A stretch of DNA of 13,866 bases from the NCBI GenBank assembly GCA_945859975.1, contig CAMAPH010000056.1:1-13866 (forward strand), written 5' to 3'. Of this stretch, positions 1-7,275 are shown in pieces. Numbering within the stretch: position 1 is the stretch's first letter; each line of letters begins with the position of its first letter. This DNA is from Chthonomonas calidirosea (GTDB lineage: Bacteria > Armatimonadota > Fimbriimonadia > Fimbriimonadales > Fimbriimonadaceae). The position numbers and the translations under genes are program-made. The notes below the pieces were generated by a model that had not been told where the DNA came from, made no database searches, and saw only the letters and a program-made list of their open reading frames with translations.

Positions 1-64
1 TGCCAAAAAGGCCAGTAAATTTGCTCATCCAACCTGGACGATCTTGAAGTTCCATTTCTTCCAT
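1..64 (-). CDS. 5' end of a CDS running off the left edge; probable cell division protein SepF (YlmF)
   Basis: Not in the ORF track. The minus strand reads TAG(yggS stop)-AGAGGAAATC-ATG at 64, an SD-like GAGG, then an open frame MEEMELQDRPGWMSKFTGLFG to the edge. A 'W/F-xx-K-F-xx-F-G' amphipathic N-terminus directly after yggS/ylmE fits the well-known ylmE-sepF gene order. Only 21 codons are visible. Confidence 0.55.
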   Translation of the reverse strand, partial: MEEMELQDRPGWMSKFTGLFG

Positions 65-74
65 GATTTCCTCT

Positions 75-722
75 CTAAACCCGCTCGCCAAAGAGAGCAG
101 TGCCGACCCTGATGTGACTGGCTCCTTCCTGGATTGCCACCTCAAAATCCGAACTCATCCCCATACTTTTCCAACCGCTTCCGACATTTGCACTTAGATT
201 CGCCAACGTGCGAAACCAAGGACGCATATCTTCCGGGTTGTCCACCTGGGGACCAATGGTCATAAGACCACGGATTCGAGTCCGCTTATATTGTAGGGCT
301 GAAGTACTGAATTGATCAAGGTCGCTTGGCAAAATTCCTGATTTTTGCGATTCTTCCGCGATGTTGATCTCGATCAGCCCATCGACAGTCTTTGATCCCT
401 TCTCGATTTCCTTAAGTTGACCTTCGCTGGAAAGGGAATGAATCACCGAAAAGTACTCCGCGCACTTCTTGGCCTTGTTGGATTGCAGGTGCCCAATAAA
501 GTGCCAAGTGATGTCCTTAGGCAGCGCCTCGACTTTCGGGATGGCTTCCTGAACCTTGCTCTCCCCAAAGTGCCGCAGCCCAAGATCGTAAGCGGCTTGT
601 AGCTCCGGAATCGATCGCGTCTTGCTCACCGCGATCAGGGTGACGCTCTCCGGGTCACGGCCAACGGACTGAGCCGCTTGGCACATACGCGCCTGAATCT
701 CGCGCAAACGATCTAGCATCAT
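75..722 (-). CDS. yggS: Pyridoxal phosphate homeostasis protein (YggS/PLPBP family)
   Basis: Motifs LIAVSKT (PLP lysine), FGESKVQEA, WHFIGHLQSNK, GLMTIG, SMGMSSDFEVAIQEGASHIRVGTALFG. Start moved from 752 to the ATG at 722 (or 719), 1 nt after the upp stop. Confidence 0.96.
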   Translation of the reverse strand: MMLDRLREIQARMCQAAQSVGRDPESVTLIAVSKTRSIPELQAAYDLGLRHFGESKVQEAIPKVEALPKDITWHFIGHLQSNKAKKCAEYFSVIHSLSSEGQLKEIEKGSKTVDGLIEINIAEESQKSGILPSDLDQFSTSALQYKRTRIRGLMTIGPQVDNPEDMRPWFRTLANLSANVGSGWKSMGMSSDFEVAIQEGASHIRVGTALFGERV

Positions 723-723
723 T

Positions 724-1344
724 TCAAGGCGTGGCAAACAGCCGGTCGCCAAAATCGCCTAGCCCCGGCAAGATGTACTTACGCTCATCAAGCTTTTCAT
801 CCAGCGCCGCGGAATAGATCTCCACATCCGGATGATGCTTCGTCAGCGCCTCAACCCCTTCCGGCGCCGCCACGACGCAAACCATGATCACCCGACTTGC
901 CCCGGCTTCCTTGATAAAACTAATCGCCTGACTCGCGCTGCCGCCGGTCGCCAGCATGGGATCGATGCAAAGGGCAAACTTCCCGCTGAGGTTCGGAAGC
1001 TTTTGGTAGTACCGCCGGGCAACGGCGGTCTCCTCGCATCGCTCCAAGCCAATGTAACCCACCGCAACTTCGGGGAACAGCTCGGTAAACGGCGCAAGCA
1101 TCCCCAATCCCGCGCGAAGAACCGGCACCACCGCGATCGCCTGATCCAAAACGCGAGCCTCCGTCGCTTGCATTGGTGTTTCGATCGTTTCCGTTCGCAC
1201 CCGAAGATCCCGCGTGGCTTCAATCGCCAGCAGTGTTGTGAGCTGATTCGTTGCACGGCGAAACTCCGTCGGGCGAGTGACTTTGTTGCGAAGTTCGGCT
1301 AGCAAATGGCCAGCAAGGGGGTGTTGCAACACGTGCAGCGACAT
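724..1344 (-). CDS. upp: Uracil phosphoribosyltransferase
   Basis: HPL...LR N-terminus, VPVLRAGLGM, PRPP loop DPMLATGGS, C-terminal YILPGLGDFGDRLF; 206 aa. Confidence 0.97.
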   Translation of the reverse strand: MSLHVLQHPLAGHLLAELRNKVTRPTEFRRATNQLTTLLAIEATRDLRVRTETIETPMQATEARVLDQAIAVVPVLRAGLGMLAPFTELFPEVAVGYIGLERCEETAVARRYYQKLPNLSGKFALCIDPMLATGGSASQAISFIKEAGASRVIMVCVVAAPEGVEALTKHHPDVEIYSAALDEKLDERKYILPGLGDFGDRLFATP

Positions 1345-1424
1345 GTCCCTATTCTTCCACGTTTGCCTATTTTCGGCTTTGCTTGTCGGATCGGTCGCGA
1401 ACCGGTCAAAATGGACTCCTTCCT
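1345..1424. promoter_or_regulatory. Divergent promoter region between upp and glmU
   Basis: 80-nt gap between divergent starts. On the minus strand, TGG-AAGAAT (1359-1351) lies 6 nt before the upp ATG. On the plus strand, CAAAAT at 1407-1412 precedes glmU. Both are imperfect -10-like elements. Confidence 0.45.
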
Positions 1425-2813
1425 ATGGCTAACCAAGTTGCTGGCATCATCCTCGCCGCCGGAAAAGGCACCCGCATGAAGTCGGAGATTCCGAAAGTTC
1501 TGCACGAGGTGTGCGGTGTGCCGATGGTGGAGCTCGTCGCTCGAGCCATGCGAGAAGCCGGCGTCACCAAAATTGTGGTGGTAATCGGTCACGGCGCTGA
1601 GCAAGTCCGGGCCCGACTGGGAGACGCCTACGAATACGCCGTGCAGGACCCGCCGCAGGGAACCGGCGACGCCGCGCGAGTCGGCATGACGTGCCTCGAA
1701 GACTGGGAAGGTCCGGTAATCATCTCTTCCGGAGACACTCCGCTCATGACCGGCGAAGCGCTTTCGGCCCTCGTCACCGCTCAAGCCAAGGACAATGCCA
1801 GCGCGGTGGTCGCCACCGTCCGACTCCCCGATCCATTCGGTTACGGCCGAGTTCTGTGGGATAATGGACGATTCTCGGGAATCATCGAAGAGAAAGACGC
1901 GACCCCCGAGCAGAAGAAACTCGACGAGGTCTGCGTCTCGGTCTACGCCTTCGACGCCGCCCGGCTCCGAGCGACCCTGCCCAAGCTTCAGCCCAATAAC
2001 GCGCAAGGCGAGTACTACCTAACCGACGTTCCAGGCATCATGTCTGCCGAAGGAGACGTGGTCATCACCGAACTGTACGACGACTTCTCGCTCTTCACCG
2101 GAGTCAATGACCGAGTTCAACTCGCCGGTGCCTCTTCAGTCCTTCGCAACCGTATCAACGACCGCCACATGCGAAACGGGGTCACGATGATCGACCCAAC
2201 CAGCGTCTACATCGGCCTCGACGTGGAAATCGGGAACGACACGATCGTGTTCCCAGATAGCCACTTGGAAGGAAACACCGTCATCGGATCGAACTGCGAG
2301 ATCGGTCCCAACATCCGAATCAAAGATTCTCAAGTAGGAAGCGGTTCACAAGTCCATCACAGCGTCGTCTTCGACTCCAAGGTCGCCGACATGGTGCGAA
2401 TCGGCCCATACGCCACGCTCCGAAACGGCGCCGACATCGGGCCGAAAGTCAAGCTCGGCAACTTCGTCGAGATCAAGAATTCACGCCTAGATGAGAAGGT
2501 GAGCGTAGCGCACCTGTCGTATATCGGTGACGCGACCGTAGGCGAATACACCAACATCGGAGCAGGAACAATTACCTGCAACTACGATGGCTTCGCAAAG
2601 CACCGAACCCAGATCGGCAAAGGGGCCTTCATCGGAACCAATTCCACCCTCATCGCCCCGGTCAGCATCGGTGACGCGGCGATCATCGCGGCAGGTAGCG
2701 TGATTAACAAAGATGTCCCGAGCGACGCCGGTGCGTTCGGTCGTTCAAGACAAGAAAACAAAGATGGTTGGGCCACTCGGTGGCGCGGCATTCGGCAAGG
2801 AAAAGAACAGTGA
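1425..2813 (+). CDS. glmU: Bifunctional UDP-N-acetylglucosamine pyrophosphorylase / glucosamine-1-phosphate N-acetyltransferase
   Basis: ILAAGKGTRMKS, GTGDA, GYGRV, NNAQGEYYLTD, GVNDRVQL, hexapeptide repeats, GNFVEIK, HLSYIGDA, NIGAGTITCNYDG. The ATG at 1425 (MANQVAGIILAAG) is preferred over the TTG at 1383. Confidence 0.97.
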   Translation: MANQVAGIILAAGKGTRMKSEIPKVLHEVCGVPMVELVARAMREAGVTKIVVVIGHGAEQVRARLGDAYEYAVQDPPQGTGDAARVGMTCLEDWEGPVIISSGDTPLMTGEALSALVTAQAKDNASAVVATVRLPDPFGYGRVLWDNGRFSGIIEEKDATPEQKKLDEVCVSVYAFDAARLRATLPKLQPNNAQGEYYLTDVPGIMSAEGDVVITELYDDFSLFTGVNDRVQLAGASSVLRNRINDRHMRNGVTMIDPTSVYIGLDVEIGNDTIVFPDSHLEGNTVIGSNCEIGPNIRIKDSQVGSGSQVHHSVVFDSKVADMVRIGPYATLRNGADIGPKVKLGNFVEIKNSRLDEKVSVAHLSYIGDATVGEYTNIGAGTITCNYDGFAKHRTQIGKGAFIGTNSTLIAPVSIGDAAIIAAGSVINKDVPSDAGAFGRSRQENKDGWATRWRGIRQGKEQ

Positions 2814-3781
2814 GCAACGATTACGATCTATCAAAAATGAAATTGTTCTCTGGGAATGCCCACCCAGAGCTGGCTCACAAAGTAGCCGGGAACCTAGACA
2901 TTCCCCTCGGGAACTTGATGACCGACCGTTTCGCCGACGGCGAAATCCGCATCATGATCGAGGAGTCGGCGCGTGGCAACGACATCTTCCTGATTCAGCC
3001 GACATGTGCCCCGACGAACGACAACTGCATGGAGCTTTTCATCATGCTCGATGCGTTCCGCCGTGCATCGGCCCGCAACATCACCGTCGTCATGCCGTAC
3101 TACGGCTACGCGAGACAGGATAAAAAGATCAAGCCACGCGAGCCGATCACGGCCAGACTCGTTGCCGACATCATCGAAGCTTGCGGAGCAAGCCGGGTCG
3201 TCGCAATTGACTTACATGCTGAACAGATTCAGGGCTTCTTCAACATCCCGGTAGACCACCTGTACGGATTCCCGATCCTCGGTCGCCACTTCATCGAGCT
3301 TGGTTACAAAGACCGAGACGATGTCGTCGTCGTCAGCCCAGACGTCGCTGGTGTAGGCCGAGCTTCGGCTCTGGCAAAGATGCTCAACGGTAGCTTGGTT
3401 GTCATCAACAAGCGCCGACCACGACCCAATGCGGTTGAAGTGGTCGAAATTGTCGGCGACTTCGTTGGCAAGAACTGCATCATGATCGACGACATGATCG
3501 ACACCGGCGGCAGCATCGTCAGTGGCGCGCAAGCGCTCCTCGACCGAGGCGCCAAGGACGTCATTGCTTGCTGCACCCACCCGGTCTTCAGCCGCGCAGC
3601 ATCGATCCGACTACAAGATTCGCCGCTGAGCAAGGTTGTCTGTCTCGATACGATCCCGATGACGCCTGAAAAGATGTTCCCGAAGTTGACGGTTTTGCCG
3701 AGCGCGCAGTTGCTGGCCGATGCGATTCGACGCATTCACTGTAATGAATCGGTGAGTGAGCTGTTTGGAGACTGGCGCTAG
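2810..3781 (+). CDS. prs: Ribose-phosphate pyrophosphokinase (PRPP synthetase)
   Basis: KLFSGNAHPELA, FADGEI, PYYGYARQD, DLHAEQIQGFF, VVSPD, DDMIDTGGS. The GTG at 2810 overlaps the glmU stop (GTGA); glmU-prs is a classic gene pair. Confidence 0.97.
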   Translation: MSNDYDLSKMKLFSGNAHPELAHKVAGNLDIPLGNLMTDRFADGEIRIMIEESARGNDIFLIQPTCAPTNDNCMELFIMLDAFRRASARNITVVMPYYGYARQDKKIKPREPITARLVADIIEACGASRVVAIDLHAEQIQGFFNIPVDHLYGFPILGRHFIELGYKDRDDVVVVSPDVAGVGRASALAKMLNGSLVVINKRRPRPNAVEVVEIVGDFVGKNCIMIDDMIDTGGSIVSGAQALLDRGAKDVIACCTHPVFSRAASIRLQDSPLSKVVCLDTIPMTPEKMFPKLTVLPSAQLLADAIRRIHCNESVSELFGDWR

Positions 3782-4298
3782 CCTGGAGCCGCTGGTCTGG
3801 CAGACCGCGCCCCGCGCCAGCGGAACCGGAAAGAAGGTCGTTACCGGCCTTGGAATTCTGCTTCCGTTCGTGTGGGGACTGTCGGCTCGAGAGCTCGTTT
3901 TGGGCCTCGTCGGTAGTGCGCTGGTAGCCACCACTGTCGTCCCGATGTTTTTGCCGGTAAAGTACCGGCTCGACGAGAAATCGGCTTCGGCTGGCGTGCT
4001 CCTCGGAGTTTCCAGCATGGAGTGGGAAGCGGTGAAGAAGGTGAGGGTCTTCGAAGACCGAATTCATCTTTCGCCTTTTGGGCAAGAAACCCGATTAGAC
4101 GAGACACGGGGAGTCTGGTTAAACGTCTCGGGGGATAATCGGGATGCGGTTCTCGCGTACGTGAAGGATCGAGTTCAAAAAGATGTCGGATTTTTGGGAG
4201 GAGGAGATGTCCGAGGAGGGCACGGAGCAGCTGTTGGAGAAGATCGCAACCAAAATTCGCTCGAAGAAAATGGAGGTGCCCGCGGTGATGGCGCTTGA
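3765..4298 (+). CDS. Hypothetical membrane protein: two TM helices followed by a beta-rich, bacterial PH/YcxB-like domain (module gene 1)
   Basis: Hydrophobic VVTGLGILLPFVWGL and LVLGLVGSALVATTVVPMFLP, then KYRLDE...MEWEAVKKVRVFEDRIHLSPF...RLDETRGVWL. It fills the gap between prs and the next gene. Start is uncertain (TTG 3765 or GTG 3756). The PH-like call is pattern-based. Confidence 0.75.
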   Translation: METGASLEPLVWQTAPRASGTGKKVVTGLGILLPFVWGLSARELVLGLVGSALVATTVVPMFLPVKYRLDEKSASAGVLLGVSSMEWEAVKKVRVFEDRIHLSPFGQETRLDETRGVWLNVSGDNRDAVLAYVKDRVQKDVGFLGGGDVRGGHGAAVGEDRNQNSLEENGGARGDGA

Positions 4299-4476
4299 AA
4301 TGCACAAGCCTCTCGCTGGTATTGCCGGAAGTGCGGGGGTCGTTTTTGCTCCTTTCCTCGTCCCGTTTCTTGGCTTTGACAATGTTAACGATTACACTAG
4401 GGTTCTTTCGAAACCGGAGAACATTGAACGACTGATGAAAAAACTAGAGTTGCCTCAGGAGAGTGATAAGCAATGA
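4183..4476 (+). CDS. Small conserved-looking hypothetical protein with one hydrophobic segment (module gene 2)
   Basis: 97 aa, helical, with LLEKIA..I....MEVPAVMALEMHKPL, the hydrophobic AGVVFAPFLVPFLG and ENIERLMKKLE. Its stop overlaps the next ATG (ATGA). An alternative start at ATG 4207 has a strong GGAGG SD. Confidence 0.8.
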   Translation: MSDFWEEEMSEEGTEQLLEKIATKIRSKKMEVPAVMALEMHKPLAGIAGSAGVVFAPFLVPFLGFDNVNDYTRVLSKPENIERLMKKLELPQESDKQ

Positions 4477-5417
4477 TGCCGCTTTCTCAGGTCTACATCG
4501 GCGATCAGTACCGTGACACTGGCTGGTTTGGCGTCTTCATGACGCTGCTTGTGGCCGCCTTTGTCCTGCTGAACATTCGCCGTGCCCGTGGCGGGAAAGA
4601 TCTGTACATTCGACGAATCGCTGGCCTCAACGCCATTGACGAAGCTATTGGACGCGCCACCGAAATGGGCAAGCCCGTTTTGATGGTTCCTGGCCTTAGC
4701 GACACCATCAACGCGATTGCGGTTCAGGCCGTTAACATTTTCGCCTACGTCAGCCGAATTGCCGCCCGCTTCGCAAACCCGATCCTCCTGTGCTGCTACA
4801 ACGCTGCGGTTTACACCTACGCCCAGGAAACGATTCGGGACGTGTACCAGTCGGAAGGCGTCGCTGATCGCTACGATCCAGACTCCGTTCGATTCGTCTC
4901 CGACCGTCAGTTCGCTTTTGCCGCTGGCGTCTCCGGTTTGATTCTCCGCGAACAAACTGCCGCGACGTTCTTCCTCGGTGAGTTTTATGCCGAGTCGCTG
5001 ATCTTTGCCGAAACCGCAAACTCGATCGGCGCAATTCAGGTGGCAAGCTCCACGGAGACCACGCAGACTCCGTTCTTCATTGCCGCTTGCGATTACGTTC
5101 TGATTGGCGACGAGTTCTACGCTGCCTCGGCCTACCTCACGCGACAGCCGGTCCTGGTCGGATCGCTCGTTGGCCAAGACTGGAGCAAGCTGATGATCAT
5201 TCTCATGATCATCCTCGGAACCCTTCTCAACACCGTCCAGATCCAAGGCAAAACCACTTGGGAGCGAACGAAGGGCGTTTGGAGCCAGATTCCGGAACGC
5301 AGCGTAAAGCAATCCGACACCTTCATGTCACAACTCTTCAAGCCACAGCTTGAGAAGGTTAAGGTTGAGCGGCCGATCGATCCAAACTACGTCCCAGAAA
5401 AGGGGGCCGGCGAATGA
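4473..5417 (+). CDS. DUF6754-like membrane-anchored protein (module gene 3)
   Basis: N-terminal TM, then IRRIAGLNAIDEAIGRATEMGKPV, FAFAAGVSG, GEFYAESLIFAE, QTPFFIAACDYVLIGDEFYAASAYL, GSLVGQD and a C-terminal TM. I recognise this motif set as DUF6754 from memory, not from a search. ATGA overlaps at both ends. Confidence 0.8.
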   Translation: MMPLSQVYIGDQYRDTGWFGVFMTLLVAAFVLLNIRRARGGKDLYIRRIAGLNAIDEAIGRATEMGKPVLMVPGLSDTINAIAVQAVNIFAYVSRIAARFANPILLCCYNAAVYTYAQETIRDVYQSEGVADRYDPDSVRFVSDRQFAFAAGVSGLILREQTAATFFLGEFYAESLIFAETANSIGAIQVASSTETTQTPFFIAACDYVLIGDEFYAASAYLTRQPVLVGSLVGQDWSKLMIILMIILGTLLNTVQIQGKTTWERTKGVWSQIPERSVKQSDTFMSQLFKPQLEKVKVERPIDPNYVPEKGAGE

Positions 5418-6328
5418 TTCCTCTACTTCAAGCTCAGGCGCCAGCGACCAGTTTCTGGTCTGAGGCATTCAACTCTTCGGAGCTTTGGACGAAGCTCATC
5501 ATCACGCTCGTTGTTGGGCTTGTGGTGATGGTTGGACTTCTCTACGCCCCGATTCGAGCGCGTAAACCAATCATTGCGTTCTTCACGTTCATCTCCGGTG
5601 CTTACTGGGTCCTTCTTTACCTTTGGCCTAAGCCGATTGATCGCCAGCCCGGTGAAATGCCGCTGAATACGGTTGAGACCGTATCGTTCTGGCTCGCCGA
5701 TTCGAACAACGTCGTCGTCAGCTTCACGCAAATCCTCACCGGATTCCTCCTCGGCCTTGGCATCTTCTCGCTCTTGAAGATCCACCTCACCAAGATCACG
5801 AAGGGTCACAAAGACGCCTTCTTTAGCATCGTGCTGCTGGTCAGCATGGGCCTGATGATCTGGTTCGGTTATGCCGACTGGTTCGACCGACTCGGTGAAC
5901 GAGGCGCGATGCTCGACAATCGCGACAACTGGGGCTTCACCCAGTACGGCCGCGACTTCCTCTTCGAAGGTCTGCTCCAGCAGATGGACGCGGCGATGTT
6001 CTCTGTCATCGCGTTCTACATTCTCAGTGCCGCCTACCGAGCCTTCCGCGTTCGGTCGGTTGAAGCGACCATCTTGCTCTCTGCCGCCTTGCTCGTGCTT
6101 CTTTCCCTCATGGGTGCGGTCTCGTTCGTTTGGGACGAGAACGTGAAGTCAATCGCGAACGGCAATCCGTTTATTCTCAACTTCCAGCTCACCGAAGTTG
6201 CTCAGTGGATTCGGAACACGTTCCAAACCTCGAGCATCCGCGGCATCCAGTTCGGAGTTGGTTTGGGTGCCCTCGCCATGGGCTTGAGACTTTGGCTGAG
6301 CCTTGAAAAGCCGGGAAGTGGTTCGTAA
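5414..6328 (+). CDS. Polytopic membrane protein of unknown function, about 7 TM (module gene 4)
   Basis: About seven hydrophobic segments. Motif-like stretches AAMFSVIAFYILSAAYRAFRVRSVEATILL and RGIQFGVGLGALAMGLRLWLSLEK. ATGA overlap upstream and TAATG overlap downstream. Confidence 0.85.
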   Translation: MIPLLQAQAPATSFWSEAFNSSELWTKLIITLVVGLVVMVGLLYAPIRARKPIIAFFTFISGAYWVLLYLWPKPIDRQPGEMPLNTVETVSFWLADSNNVVVSFTQILTGFLLGLGIFSLLKIHLTKITKGHKDAFFSIVLLVSMGLMIWFGYADWFDRLGERGAMLDNRDNWGFTQYGRDFLFEGLLQQMDAAMFSVIAFYILSAAYRAFRVRSVEATILLSAALLVLLSLMGAVSFVWDENVKSIANGNPFILNFQLTEVAQWIRNTFQTSSIRGIQFGVGLGALAMGLRLWLSLEKPGSGS

Positions 6329-7275
6329 TGAAAGGAAATCTTGGAGAAAAGCTTCAGTCGCTACCGAAGCCAATCTTGTATCTGATCTTGATCTTGGCGA
6401 CTTCGATTCCTCTGTTCTTCCCAACCGAAGTTCCGAACGAACCGGTGGAATCGACAAAGGACTTCTACGCCACTCTCATGGCCTTGCCAGAGGGAAGCAA
6501 GGTCCTGCTGATGTCCGACTGGACCGGATCGACTCGCGGCGAAAGCAAGGGTGCTTTCCGCAGCATCTTTAAGATCCTGATCCGTCGAAAGGCAAAGGTC
6601 GCGATCTACTCGGCCGCCGACCCGCAGGCTCCTCGAGTTGCTCAAGACGCGATCAACGAGCTGAACATGGAGCGGAAGCGTAAAAACCTTCCGACCTTTG
6701 ATCGCTGGAACGACTGGGTCAACATTGGTTACTTCCCGAACGCGGAAGCCGCCATCAACGGTATTGCGAACGACCTCAAGGGTGCGTTTGGTGGACGAAA
6801 AGACTTTCCACCCAACTCGCCTCCACGAGACGTGTTCCAATCCCCGGTTCTCCAGGGCGTAACCAAAGTTGAAGACTTCCCGCTGATGCTCGTCATCACC
6901 GCGTCGAAGACCTCCAACTTTGCGGTTGAGCGAGTCTCTGGCCGAACTCCGCTGGCCTTTGCGGTCACTGGCGTCATGGTTCCAGAAACCCAGGTCTTCT
7001 ATCAATCGAAGCAGATTGTCGGCTACTGCGGCGGTCTGAAGGGTGTTTATGACCTTGAGCAGCTGATGGAGTCGGGCGTCAACTTCCCAGATAAAGCCAC
7101 CGGCAAAATCAAGTCGGACAAGCTTGGGACCATCGAAGGCTTTCCGGACCCGGACAACAAGGGGCAGGGAACTCGTTACTACCCGACCCTCCACTACGCT
7201 CTGGCCCTGATGATCATCATGATCATCCTCGGAAACGTCGGAATGTTCTTAGCAAAGCGAGGTGACAAGTCGTGA
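6328..7275 (+). CDS. Protein with N- and C-terminal TM anchors and a large, probably extracytoplasmic alpha/beta domain (module gene 5)
   Basis: TM ILYLILILATSIPLFF after a basic N-terminus, about 255 aa of soluble sequence (KVLLMSDW, DWVNIGYFP, QIVGYCGGLKGVYDLEQL), then TM YALALMIIMIILGNVGMFL followed by KRGDKS. TAATG and GTGA overlaps. Confidence 0.85.
   Translation: MKGNLGEKLQSLPKPILYLILILATSIPLFFPTEVPNEPVESTKDFYATLMALPEGSKVLLMSDWTGSTRGESKGAFRSIFKILIRRKAKVAIYSAADPQAPRVAQDAINELNMERKRKNLPTFDRWNDWVNIGYFPNAEAAINGIANDLKGAFGGRKDFPPNSPPRDVFQSPVLQGVTKVEDFPLMLVITASKTSNFAVERVSGRTPLAFAVTGVMVPETQVFYQSKQIVGYCGGLKGVYDLEQLMESGVNFPDKATGKIKSDKLGTIEGFPDPDNKGQGTRYYPTLHYALALMIIMIILGNVGMFLAKRGDKS

Noticed and set aside
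723..752. Longer ORF-track starts for yggS (752), and likewise glmU (1383) and prs (2768)
   Set aside because: The extensions overlap upstream genes or promoter DNA and precede the family-typical N-termini. Starts at 722, 1425 and 2810 fit better.
1299..2006. 235-aa minus-strand ORF overlapping glmU
   Set aside because: Antisense shadow of an unambiguous glmU.
2190..2720. Quasi-periodic ATCGG repeats that could suggest a repeat array
   Set aside because: They are the Ile-Gly codons of the GlmU hexapeptide left-handed beta-helix. There are no constant repeats with unique spacers, so this is not CRISPR.
4455..7194. Antisense ORFs 4455-5312 (285 aa) and 6361-7194 (277 aa)
   Set aside because: They shadow plus-strand genes that are joined by precise stop-start overlaps, and their translations show no domain-like features.
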